This document shows positions 49,801 through 62,888 of a stretch of DNA of 64,000 bases, in pieces (position 1 is the first letter of the stretch; the number at the start of each line of letters is the position of its first letter). The notes beneath the pieces are model-generated. The model ran no database searches, was not told the DNA's origin, and worked only from the letters and a program-made list of their open reading frames with translations. The translations under genes were made by a program, and so were the position numbers. The DNA lies in the NCBI GenBank assembly GCA_964187785.1, contig OZ076409.1:74526001-74590000 (forward strand). Reading direction: 5' to 3'. The DNA comes from Amphiscolops sp. MND2022. Lineage: Eukaryota.

Positions 49801-52033
49801 GTTCATGGGCTGTACGGGGAACCTATTTTTGTTGGAATCCGACTTGTAGATTTTGAGATATATTATCAAATTTGGGTGTTTTTTTTCCAATTTTTCGAAA
49901 AACCTGTTTTATCTCTGCCGTTTTTTGCCCAGATTTTTTTCTAGACCCTCTCCTAAAGGCCTCCCCTGGCCGGATTACGTCCCAGCAAAACCATTTGGCC
50001 CTAAATACGAAGTTTCAGCGTTCTAGCATTCTCGGGCGAAAAGTTGTGGGACTTAGAAAATTTTTTTTTAAAACGCAAAATGTGTAAAGTCAACTTCAAG
50101 CCTCCCAAAGTCAAGGAACTTCCACACAACTAGGATTGCAAGTGGATGCATGTGGAAAGTGCTTAAATAGACGAGAAAAATGAGCTATTATAAATCTCTG
50201 TAGCTTAACCTGACGTTGACTTATGACAATTTTAGTGTGAGCTTGCTATGTGAGAAAAAATTTCAAAAATTGAAAATCGAAGCTAAGTCTCATCCAAAAC
50301 TCATCGGAATACGTTCAATCCATTCCAAAGCGGTTTACTTCCAGCTATAGACTGCAGCAACACTATTCAAGACCATTGTACCCCTTTATATTAGTTTTGA
50401 CATTGTATTATTCATCCGAGAGCACAAAGCAGTTGAGTACATTCCATCTCCCTTTCGGGGGAGATGAGAATGTACTCGCTAAAGAACAGGTACTACAGCC
50501 AACTTTTGTATTTATGCGAAGCCATTCTATGCTATTGCACATAACAACTATGCTATTGACTTAATTTTGCCTACACTTTGCTATGACATATGCTAAACGT
50601 TTGGTCCTTACAACAACATACACATGACTAACGTCAACACCACATACTGTTACCAACGCCCACCGTCCGTGGGCATGCCGAGGCATGCCCTTCGACGACG
50701 TATGCCAAATACCTTCCAGCAACGCTCGCGCTCCCCTGCTAGGTGCCATAATCCATCGATTTGCTTATCACTTCGAGGGCAGGGTAGGGCCCCTTGCCCG
50801 AGCCAAAATGTCGGATACTTACGACACTCAACGTAAGGCGGATGCTAAAGCGAGACCCCGATCTTGGAAACGGCCCATTCGATTTGGCTCAAATTTTGCA
50901 TGTGGCTTCCTCTAGCAATTCTAAGAACTAATCCCTACTGGCGTTTTGCCCGGAAAATTTTTTTTGTTGACTTATAGACAATTTTAGGTGCCGAAAATGG
51001 CGTTTTTTTCGAAAATTTTATTTCAAGAGCCCATATCTCGCTCCCAGGTGCTCGGAGTGGGTCGCATGTGGACGTTGATATTGCTGGGCACTTCGTAAGG
51101 AGTCCGAAGACAAATTTTTGTACAGATCGGATAAAAATTGACTGAGTAATAGCCGCAAATCCGACGAATTTTTCAGAAAATTTTGGTACACCTAGTCTAT
51201 CTCTGCCGTTTTTTGCCCAGATTTTTTTCCAGGACCTCTCCTAAAGGCCTCCCCTGGCCGGTTTACATCCCAGAAAAACCATTTGGCCCTTTTGCCGCAG
51301 TTTCAGCGTTCCAGGATTCCCCGGGTAAAAGTAAAATGACTTAGAATTTTTTCGAAAAATTTTCAAAAAATTTTTTTTTCAACTTCAAGCCTCCCAAAGT
51401 CAGGAAACGTCCACACAACTAGTATTGCAAGTGAATGCTTGTGGAAAGTGCTCGAATAGACGAGAAAAATGAGCTATTATAAACCTCTGTAGCTCAACCT
51501 GACGTTGACTTATGACAATTTTAGTGTGAGCTAGCTATGTGAGAAAAAATTTCAAAAATTGAAAATCGAAGCTAAGTCTCATCCAAAACTCATCGGAATA
51601 CGTTCAATCCATCCCAAAGCGGTTTATTTCCAGCTATATAGTGCAGCAACACCAGTCAAGACCTTTTGACCCATTTATATTAGTTTTGACACCGTCTTAT
51701 CCGTTTGAAAGTTCGAAACAGTTAAGTACATTCCATCTCCCCTCCGTGGGAGATGGTAATGTACTCGCAAAAAGCCAAGTACTACCGCCCTATTCTACCC
51801 GGAGTGGTGCTAGCAATGCAGTAGCGTGAGCTCCAGGTTGTTTGCAGTAGCCTTTACGGGTGTTGTGACTATGCATTACAAGTCTAACTATGTTACTGAA
51901 CGTGAAAAAATTGTTTCACTCCAAAATTTTTTTTCTACTATTTTATGTCATCAATTAAGATATATCCATCCATTTACTACTACCTACCCCATCACCCGCC
52001 CCCTCCACTATCTGTTCAACCGTACACGTCTAG
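46886..52033 (+). repeat. Block of 4 main-family units; paralogous to 57754-61612, which lacks the second unit
   Basis: The heads CCCTAATCCATCG / CCGGGATTTCTATTCGATAAAGTAAG / CCATAATCCATCG recur in the same order at 57754, 59042 and 60322. Confidence 0.9.
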
Positions 52034-53421
52034 GTGGTTGGGGCGGTCCCCAGAACGCACAAGGAGGCGCGGGGAGGGTCCTGCGCCGACGTAGAATAAT
52101 TTCATATAATACTAGTATCCTACATGGGTGTTTTAGAGGCGATTTTGGAATCTAACCGTAGGATTTGGATAATTTTTTGCATGCGGCCATAACTCGAAAT
52201 TCTAAGAACTTTTTCCTACTGTCATTTTCCCCGCAAATTGTTTTTTGTTGACTTATGGCCGAAAAACCGGAAATAACGTCCTTTTTAGACGTTATATCCG
52301 AAGTGTCGTCATAACTTTTTTCCAGGGCATGCTAGCGTTCTCGTTCACTTTTACACTTAGTTGCAGCATCTCAAAATACAACTGGTGGAAATTTTTGGCT
52401 GCATTCGGATCACCCCCCACCGAGATAGAAGGGTTCCCCCCTCCAGTTTTACCCCCCAAATTTGCGAAAAAGCCAATTTTGAGCATGAAGCCGAGGATTT
52501 AGCGTACCCGCACCCTCCTGATGTTTTGTTGTACGTATTGGGATCAATCTGACGACATGTGTGGTTTTCACCCCCAACCCCCCCTTGGACCGGAAATGAC
52601 ACTTTTTTGTGTTTTTTGGCAGAATTTAGCCTTTTTCATTATTAGGCAGTCGTTTTAGGGACTCCTAGCAGGATATCGAAATTGAAATACAACCTGATCA
52701 CAACCCAGTGACAACATGTTGGCCACTTGGAGGTATCATCATGACCGGAAGGGAGGTCAAACCCCCCTTTTTGTGACCGCTTTTTGACCTTGTGCACAAA
52801 ACGCCAACAACGTGAGGCCTAATGACGCATTCAAATCTGTACAAAGATAGAACGTTAGACAAACGAAGTCCCGGAAGATCTTTAGCATATACCGGAAGTT
52901 ACCCCCCATGACCGGAAGTTACCCAATGTGACCGGAAATGGTCCAAAAATTAATGTAAAGTTGAATTTTTCACTATTTCAAGACGACTTAATTGAAACTT
53001 TTCAATCTCAAAACTAGCGTACTGGCTTGTTTTGCTGAATTTATGGAAATTGATGAGCTCTATCACCCCCGATAGCCTTCGAAGTTGACCTTGCGTCAAC
53101 TTTGGAGGCTATCGATACTGAACATGAACAACAAAGTACATTGTTGCTCTCGGTTTTTTCCCGTTGTTTTTCCTCAAACATTCTTGAGACATATACATGG
53201 CCGTTAGTTGAAATCAATATTTAGCCCATGTTATAGCTGGAGCAGCGAAACGTTACACAGACTAGTGTGGTTTTGAAATTACATTATTTAAATTAACAAC
53301 TGACCGTCTTAGTCAACTCCACACATTCATACCAACGCCCACCGTCTGTGGGCATGCCGAGGCATGCCCTTCGACGACGTATGACGAATCCACTCCAACG
53401 ACACCCCCACTCCGCCCCTAG
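52034..53421 (+). mobile_element. Array unit, 1388-bp ACCGGAAGT subfamily (copy of 39611-40999)
   Basis: Near-identical sequence; CCGGAA trio at 52891/52911/52931; hairpin at 53070-53114. Confidence 0.6.
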
Positions 53422-55774
53422 GTGGCCTGAAATTTTTTTTTCAGCAAAATCTTTGCCATTGGGGGAGGGGCCCCGGATGGCCAGTAGTACGGCATAGCTC
53501 CCTACGGAATCCAGGCGGAAAAAACGTGATTTCGGAAACTAGCCGTCAGAATTTGCTCAAAATTTGCATACGGCTTCCTATGACAATCCTAAGAACTAAT
53601 CCCTACTGGCATTTTGCCCGAAAAACGCAAAAAGTTGGTCAAAATCTTAGTTTTTTGGTCAAAAAATGGCGTTTTTTCGAAAAATTTTTTTTTTCAGAGA
53701 CAATTACTCGGAACTGGTTCACCTAGCGCAAAAACGCCTAGCTGATTTATTGTTGGGCACTTCATGAGGAGTGCGTATACAAATTTTCGTCCAAATCGGA
53801 TAAAAGTTGATTGAGAAATAACTGAAAATTTGAGGCATTTTTTTGGAAATTTTTGAAATCCCAGTCTATCTCTGCCGTTTTTTGCCCAGATTTTTTTCCA
53901 GACACTCTCCTAAAGACCTCCCCTGGCCGGTTTACCTCCCAGCAAAACCATTTGGCCCTAAATACGGAGTTTCAGCATTCCAGCAAACCCCGGGTAAAAG
54001 ATAAATGACTTAGAATTTTTTCGAAAAGTTTTCAAAATTTTTTTTTTCAAATTCAGGCCTCCCAAAGTCAAGAAACTTCCACACAACTAGGATTGCAAGT
54101 GATAGCATGTGGAAAGTGCTTGAATAGACGAGAAAAATGAGCTATCATACGACTCTGTAGCTTAACCTGACGTTGACTTATGATAGCTTTAGTGTGAGCT
54201 TCGTATGTGCTGAAAAAATCAAAGAAACCTAAAAGTCTTTTAAAAGTAATCAGAATACGTCCAATGAACCACAGAGCTGTTAAATAGCCGTTGTGCAGTG
54301 GAGCAACACCATTTAGAGTGTTTTGACCCATTTTGATAAGTTTTGATACGGTCTTGTTCATCTGATAGCACAAAACAGTTGAGTACATTCCATCTCTCCC
54401 CTTGTGGGGGAGATGAGAATGTACTCGCTAAAAGTCAGGTACTATAGCACCCATTTTGTTTTGTTCGACGCTAGTGATGCTATTGCACACAATACAATAG
54501 TTTTGTCAAATCATGTTTAACATGATGAATCTTACTATACCTTTAGTGTACGTTAACCTACTACTACAACATCGCATCCGTAACGTCAACGCCACATACT
54601 CGCATCAACGCCCACCGTCCGTGGGCATGCCGAGGCATGCCCTTCGACGACGTATGCCAAATAGCGCCACAGGGCGCAAACTTGTCCGCTAGGTGCCGGT
54701 GTTTTTTTACACAATGGGGGAAGTTGCGCGGTTGGGGAGGGTCCCTGACGCGCTTCCGTGGTATCGGGTCTTTCAACCGATGAAAACGACATAAAAAATT
54801 GGGATCTCGTAAACTAGCCATACGATTTGGCTGAAATTTGGCACACGTACCCCCCTCGGCACGGTGAAGATGATTCCCTACTGACGTTTTTCCCGCTAAA
54901 CATTTTTTGTTGCCCAAAATAACGGTTTTTGGGGTAAAATTTTCAACTTTTTTTAAATTTCATCTTATATCTCGCCACGGGTACACGCTAGCGCTTCCAA
55001 ACCTTGCTGACGAAAGTTTGCAAACTGTCGCATTCCCGGGCGAAAAGTTGTGGGACTTAGAAAAGTTCAAAAATTTTCAAAAAAATTTTTTTCCGTTATT
55101 TGGGCCCCCAAAGTGGGGGAAAAGACCCCCCAACCAGTAAGGCAAGTGAATGCATGTGCAAAGCCCTTGTTTAGAGGAGAAAAATGCCGTTTAGAACGTC
55201 TTTTTATCTTGGCTCAACGTTGACTTATGACGTTTTGAAGGTGATGTTTGGAGGTGTAAAGCACGTGAATAGTAAACGTTATGAGTATTTATCTGATCTG
55301 AAAGCCATTGAGATGCAATATGGTTTGCTCAAAACGTAATTCATGGCAGTTTGGCAATCAATCAACACCCTTTGTTGTCGTTTGACATACTTTTTTGTGG
55401 TTATAATAAAAAATTTTGTGTATTTATTCATTTTTTTCTCATCGAATAACTTGAAACAGTTGAGTACATTCCATCCCCCCTTCCGGGGGAGATGAGAATG
55501 TACTCGCAAAAAGCACCGAACTACAGCCCTTACCTTCCCGAGCTACGCAGTATAAGGATTACATATTGGTTCCGACATTTTCATAGAGTTAAATCTTGGT
55601 AATCTGTCTGGATATGCAGAAAAACCAGCACGTGCTTTTTTATACCAAGTTGCTCACAACGACAATTATTTTATATCAACGCCCCCATATTTATCAACGC
55701 CCCCCGTCCGTGGGCATGCCGAGGCATGCCCTTCGACGACGTATACCAAGATATGTTCGAGCGCGTTAGCCTAG

Positions 55775-57753
55775 GTGGGCGGGGGTAATTCCCCTTCAAA
55801 AAATTCGGCCGGCGGGTTGGGTCCTGCCGGACGTCAAATAGTGTGAAACATCCAGTAGGAAACGGCGACATAAATCAGCGATTTTAAAATTTAACCGTTA
55901 GAATTCGGACTTGGAGTGCATGCGGCCCCAAAATGCCCATACGAATCGAAGTTCCTGCTGACGTTAAGCGATAAAAACATTTTATAAAAAGTTATGGCCC
56001 ATTTTACGTTCACCTATAAGGGTAAAATGAGGAAAATTTTTACAAAGTCGCTGATAACTCAAAATACATTAATTTTTGGACTTTGACTGTGAAACAAGCT
56101 TAGAACCTTCATTTCGTGGCTGTGGCATTGCACTGAACACAAAAGATGTAAAGTTTTTACATTTTTTGAAAATTCGACATTTTTGATTTTTTTTCACTAC
56201 TATCAGTACACTATATGTCAAAAACACCTCTGAAAAAAATTTTTTATTTGCTTAAAATTGGAAACCTTGGTATCCATGGTTTCTGTCGGAACCTACTAAT
56301 TGCCAAACACCCAACAGTTTGCATCCAATGTGAAATTAAAATTTTTTTTGAGGTCTTAGGTGTTTCACAAGGATTTCTCAACTTAGTTTCAATTTACAAA
56401 TTGGTCATATTGAACACAATATTTTCATCGAGGCTTGTCGGCTATAACCTTAATGTTCTAGAACGGTCCCACTGGCAACGTAGGAACCATTTATAGTAAT
56501 AGAAAGTTTTAAAAAATTTTTTCATCCGGTCTTCGGTCATTTTTCAGTCATTCGGAACTTAACTTAGAAAAATTTCGATCAAAATACCCAATTTTGTCAG
56601 GTCGAAAATTCAAATTCAGATTTTTAAGCAAAATTATTAACTCTGACGTAACCCATGGGGCCCATGATACTCAAAACAACGATTGACACTGGTATCAATG
56701 GCTCCAATAACATATGACTCGCGATAAGACGTTATTTTGAGCAATACGTCTCAATTGAGGTAAAGATCTCGCAAACCAGCGATCACTGTGAAATGTGATT
56801 TCATCAAAAATTTACCCATTTTTGTCAATCACTATGTGCACAGAATGCGTAGGGTGCGTTTCAGCAATATAATGAGGTTTTTGAAGGCATCGAGTTGCTC
56901 AAGGGGTGGTATGAGACATTTTCGTCCCATGTACTACTGTATATTGCAAATTTTTTAGCCCATTATCTGAAAAACTAACTTGACAAAATACTTTCAACTA
57001 CTTTATTCAAATGTTACAATGTAGATGAACCCAGTGGTTGATCAGAAACTTTCATCTCTTTCGTTTTCCGAAATAATTCCCTTCGAATGTGTTACATTTG
57101 TAGCAGGAAAAAAACCGAAACTAAAAAATACGCGATTTTGCTGAGATAGAATCGCAACGGTTGCGCCTAAAATCTCTTTAAATACTTCTAACGCAACTTT
57201 ACGGACCCAAATTGATTGAAAATGCCATTCACAATGCTGACATGTGCTCTTTCTACGATCCTGGCTGGACAAGTTTTGCATTTTTTTCAAGTACCTGTTA
57301 ACTGAACATTGTGATAGCCTTTCAAGTTGGCCTTGTGTCAACTTGGGAAGGCTGTCACATCAAAAAACTGTCAACAAAAATACCACTCGTTTATAGGAAA
57401 TTGCTGTTGATGCCTAATTTTGTGATTCGATCATGTCGTGAGTTCCTTCCATCAGGTCAGCTAACAATTGGATTCAGTGTTTGATAAGAACAATTGATTT
57501 TTTTGACAATTTTCGTTTTTTCTTGCAAAGAAAAAGTACAAATAAACAATATAAAACAAAATTGTAACCTTTAGGAAGTTTAACTTTACCTTTTTTAACC
57601 GTTACGATCACTTTCGACCCTGTACGACCTCGCAATGTCCTTATTACAACGCCACATAGTGTAGCGACGCCCACAGTCTGTGGGCATGCCGAGGCATGCC
57701 CTTCGACGACGTATGCCGAATGCACTGCGGCTACGCCCGCAGTCACCGGCTAG
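55775..57753 (+). mobile_element. Array unit, singleton ~1.98-kb AT-rich family
   Basis: Head hairpin CCGGCGGG-TTGGGT-CCTGCCGG, unique body, GATAGCC-type hairpin at 57311-57358, core at ~57667-57714. Confidence 0.55.
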
Positions 57754-60700
57754 GTGCCCTAATCCATCGATTTGCTCAACACTTCGAGGGCAGGGTAGGG
57801 CCCCTTGCCCGAGCCAAAAAGTCGGATACTTACGACAGACAACTTAAGGCGATTGGGACAGTCTGACCCCGATCTTCTAAACGAGCCTATCGATTTGGCT
57901 CAAATTTTGCATGCGGCTTCCTCTAGCAATTCTAAGAACTTTTCCCTACTACCATTTTGCCCGGAAAATTTTTTTTGTTGACTTATAGACAATTTTAGGT
58001 GCCGAAAATGGCGTTTTTTTGAAAAAAATTTTTTAAGAGCCCATATCTCGCTCCCAGGTGCTCGGAGCGGGTCGCATGTGGACGTCGATATTGCTGGGCA
58101 CTTCGTAAGGAGTCCGTAGACAAATTTTCGTACAGATCGGATTAACATGGACTGAGTAATAGCCGAAATTCGGACGCATTTTGTCGACATTTTTCGAAAA
58201 CCTAGTCTATCTCTGCCGTTTTTTGCCCAGATTTTTTTCCAGGACCTCTCCTAAAGACCTCCCCTGGCCGGTTTACCTCCCAGAAAAACCATTTGGCCCT
58301 TTTGCCGCAGTTTCAGCGTTCCAGGATTCCCCGGGTAAAAGTAAAATGTCTTAGAATTTTTTCGAAAAATTTTCAAAAAAAATTTTTTTCAACTTCAGAC
58401 CATCCAAAGTCAAGAAACGTCCACACAACTAGTATTGCAAGTGGATGCATGTGGAAAGTGCTCGAATAGACGAGAAAAATGAGCTATTATAAACCTCTGT
58501 AGCTTAACCTGACGTTGACTTATGACAATTTTAGTGTGAGCTTGCTATGTGAGAAAAAATTTCAAAAATTGAAAATCGAAGCTAAGTCTCATCCAAAACT
58601 CATCGGAATACGTTCAATCCATACCAAAGCGGTTTGTTCCCAGTTGTAGAGTGCAGCAACACCATTCAAGGTCATTTGACCCACTTTAATAGGTTTTGAC
58701 TTTGTCTTATCCATCCGAAAATTCGAAACAGTTAAGTACATTCCATCTCCCCTCCGTGGGAGATGGTAATGTACTCGCAAAAAGCCAAGTATAACCGCCC
58801 TATTCTACCCGTAGTGGTGCTAGAAGAGCAGTAGCGTGAGCTCCAGGTTTGCAGTAGTCTCTATGTGTTATAATTATATTTTTCATAGCTAAAAATCTTA
58901 CTAAACGTGATAAAAAAAATTACATCACTCAAAATTTTTTCAAATATTATTATATGTCCCCAATTGACGCACGTCAACTATTTCACTACAACCACCCTAC
59001 CACCCGGCCCCTCGTATCTTTGTTCAACCGTACACGTCTAGGTGCCGGGATTTCTATTCGATAAAGTAAGTTGCGCGGTTGGGTAGGGCCCCGTGAGCGC
59101 GCCCGTGTCTGTGTTTTTTGAACCTGAATTTGCGGGTGCCAAAATAGACGATCTCCTAAACTATCCATACGATTTGGCTCAAATTTGGCATACGGGTTCC
59201 TGAGACAGATATAAGAACTAATTCCTACTGGCGTTTTGCCCGGAAAATTTTTTTTGTTGCCCAAAATTGAAATTTTCGGCAAAAAAATGCGATTTTTTTT
59301 GAAAAATTTTTTTTGAGAGGCCATAACTTTTTTCAGGGAGCCCGGAGCGGGACGCGTTAAACTGATTATAAACTCTACGGTTCATGGGCTGTACGGGGAA
59401 CCTATTTTTGTTGGAATCCGACTTGTAGATTTTGAGATATATTATCAAATTTGGGTGTTTTTTTTCCAATTTTTCGAAAAACCTGTTTTATCTCTGCCGT
59501 TTTTTGCCCAGATTTTTTTCTAGACCCTCTCCTAAAGGCCTCCCCTGGCCGGATTACGTCCCAGCAAAACCATTTGGCCCTAAATACGAAGTTTCAGCGT
59601 TCTAGCATTCTCGGGCGAAAAGTTGTGGGACTTAGAAAATTTTTTTTTAAAACGCAAAATGTGTAAAGTCAACTTCAAGCCTCCCAAAGTCAAGGAACTT
59701 CCACACAACTAGGATTGCAAGTGGATGCATGTGGAAAGTGCTTAAATAGACGAGAAAAATGAGCTATTATAAATCTCTGTAGCTTAACCTGACGTTGACT
59801 TATGACAATTTTAGTGTGAGCTTGCTATGTGAGAAAAAATTTCAAAAATTGAAAATCGAAGCTAAGTCTCATCCAAAACTCATCGGAATACGTTCAATCC
59901 ATTCCAAAGCGGTTTACTTCCAGCTATAGACTGCAGCAACACTATTCAAGACCATTGTACCCCTTTATATTAGTTTTGACATTGTATTATTCATCCGAGA
60001 GCACAAAGCAGTTGAGTACATTCCATCTCCCTTTCGGGGGAGATGAGAATGTACTCGCTAAAGAACAGGTACTACAGCCAATTTTTGTATTTATGCGAAG
60101 CCATTCTATGCTATTGCACATAACAACTATGCTATTGACTTAATTTTGCCTACACTTTGCTATGACATATGCTAAACGTTTGGTCCTTACAACAACATAC
60201 ACATGACTAACGTCAACACCACATACTGTTACCAACGCCCACCGTCCGTGGGCATGCCGAGGCATGCCCTTCGACGACGTATGCCAAATACCTTCCAGCG
60301 ACGCTCGCGCTCCCCTGCTAGGTGCCATAATCCATCGATTTGCTTATCACTTCGAGGGCAGGGTAGGGCCCCTTGCCCGAGCCAAAATGTCGGATACTTA
60401 CGACACTCAACGTAAGGCGGATGCTAAAGCGAGACCCCGATCTTGGAAACGGCCCATTCGATTTGGCTCAAATTTTGCATGTGGCTTCCTCTAGCAATTC
60501 TAAGAACTAATCCCTACTGGCGTTTTGCCCGGAAAATTTTTTTTGTTGACTTATAGACAATTTTAGGTGCCGAAAATGGCGTTTTTTTCGAAAATTTTAT
60601 TTCAAGAGCCCATATCTCGCTCCCAGGTGCTCGGAGTGGGTCGCATGTGGACGTTGATATTGCTGGGCACTTCGTAAGGAGTCCGTAGACAAATTTTTGT

Positions 60701-62888
60701 ACAGATCGGATAAAAATTGACTGAGTAATAGCCGCAAATCCGACGAATTTTTCAGAAAATTTTGGTACACCTAGTCTATCTCTGCCGTTTTTTGCCCAGA
60801 TTTTTTTCCAGGACCTCTCCTAAAGGCCTCCCCTGGCCGGTTTACATCCCAGAAAAACCATTTGGCCCTTTTGCCGCAGTTTCAGCGTTCCAGGATTCCC
60901 CGGGTAAAAGTAAAATGACTTAGAATTTTTTCGAAAAATTTTCAAAAAATTTTTTTTTCAACTTCAAGCCTCCCAAAGTCAGGAAACGTCCACACAACTA
61001 GTATTGCAAGTGAATGCTTGTGGAAAGTGCTCGAATAGACGAGAAAAATGAGCTATTATAAACCTCTGTAGCTCAACCTGACGTTGACTTATGACAATTT
61101 TAGTGTGAGCTAGCTATGTGAGAAAAAATTTCAAAAATTGAAAATCGAAGCTAAGTCTCATCCAAAACTCATCGGAATACGTTCAATCCATCCCAAAGCG
61201 GTTTATTTCCAGCTATATAGTGCAGCAACACCAGTCAAGACCTTTTGACCCATTTATATTAGTTTTGACACCGTCTTATCCGTTTGAAAGTTCGAAACAG
61301 TTAAGTACATTCCATCTCCCCTCCGTGGGAGATGGTAATGTACTCGCAAAAAGCCAAGTACTACCGCCCTATTCTACCCGGAGTGGTGCTAGCAATGCAG
61401 TAGCGTGAGCTCCAGGTTGTTTGCAGTAGCCTTTACGGGTGTTGTGACTATGCATTACAAGTCTAACTATGTTACTGAACGTGAAAAAATTGTTTCACTC
61501 CAAAATTTTTTTTCTACTATTTTATGTCATCAATTAAGATATATCCATCCATTTACTACTACCTACCCCATCACCCGCCCCCTCCACTATCTGTTCAACC
61601 GTACACGTCTAGGTGCCGGTGTCTTTTTACACAATGGGGGAAGTTGCGCGGTTGGGGAGGGTCCCTGACGCGCTTCCGTGGTTTCGGGTCTTCTAACCTA
61701 TGATAGCGTGACACCTGACTTCGATCTCGTAAACTAGCCGTACGATTTGGCTGAAATTTGGCACACGTACCCCCCTCGGCACGGTGAAGATGATTTCCTA
61801 CTGACGTTTTTCCCGCTAAACATTTTTTGTTGACCAAAATAACGGTTTTTGGGGTAAAATTTTGAATTTTTTTTAAATTTCATCTTATATCTCGCCACGG
61901 GTTTACGCTAGCGCTTCCAAACCTTGCTGACGAAACCTTGCAAACTGTCTCAGGAATGCGGTGTGAAATTTTCAGCTCAATCGGACTCAAACTCGGGGAG
62001 AAATAGCGTTTTTCCGGAGCGGGGGGGTTTCAATTTTCTAACGGTCCAGCTTATCTTTGCCATTTTTTCGAAAATGCACTCGCCTAAAGGCCTCCCCTGG
62101 CCGGTTTTATTCCCAACAAAACCATTTGGCCCTAAATACGGAGTTTCAGCGTTCCAGCATTCCCGGGCGAAAAGTTGTGGGACTTAGAAAAGTTCAAAAA
62201 TTTTCAAAAAAATTTTTTTCCGTTATTTGGGCCCTCAAAGTGGGGGAAAAGACCCCCCAACCAGTAAAGCAAGTGAATGCATGTGGAAAGCCCTTGTTTA
62301 GACGAGAAAAATGCCGTTAAGAACGTCTTTTTATCTTAACTTGACATTGACTTTTATCGTTTTGAAGGTGACCGTTAGATACGGAAAATTGATGTTTTGA
62401 GTATTTATCCCATCTGAAAGCCATTGAGATACAACATGTTTTGCTCAAAACGTATTTCATTGCAGTTTCGCTGTCCATTATCACCCTTTGGTGTCTTTTC
62501 ACGTAATTTTCGTTTCTATAATAACAATTTTTTTGTGTATTTATTCATTTTTTTCTCATCAAATAACTTGAAACAGTTGAGTACATTCCATCTCCCTTCC
62601 CGGGGGAGATGAGAATGTACTCTGCTAAAGGTCAGGAACTACGGTCTATATCTTCCACAACACAAAAGGGATTGCAAATGGTTTCAGTTTGTCGCAGAAA
62701 ACTTCTTTTTGCCCTCTGTGACTCGACAAAATGAACGTTTCTTACTTACTTTGAAACTCATCATACCACAACTCATCTCTAACGTCAGCGCCCCCCTACT
62801 TGCATCAACGCCCACCGTCCGTGGGCATGCCGAGGCATGCCCTTCGACGACGTATACCAAGATATACCTGGAGCGCGGTAGCCGCTAG
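57754..62888 (+). repeat. Run of 4 main-family units
   Basis: Junctions at 57750, 59038, 60318, 61609 and 62885. Confidence 0.9.
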
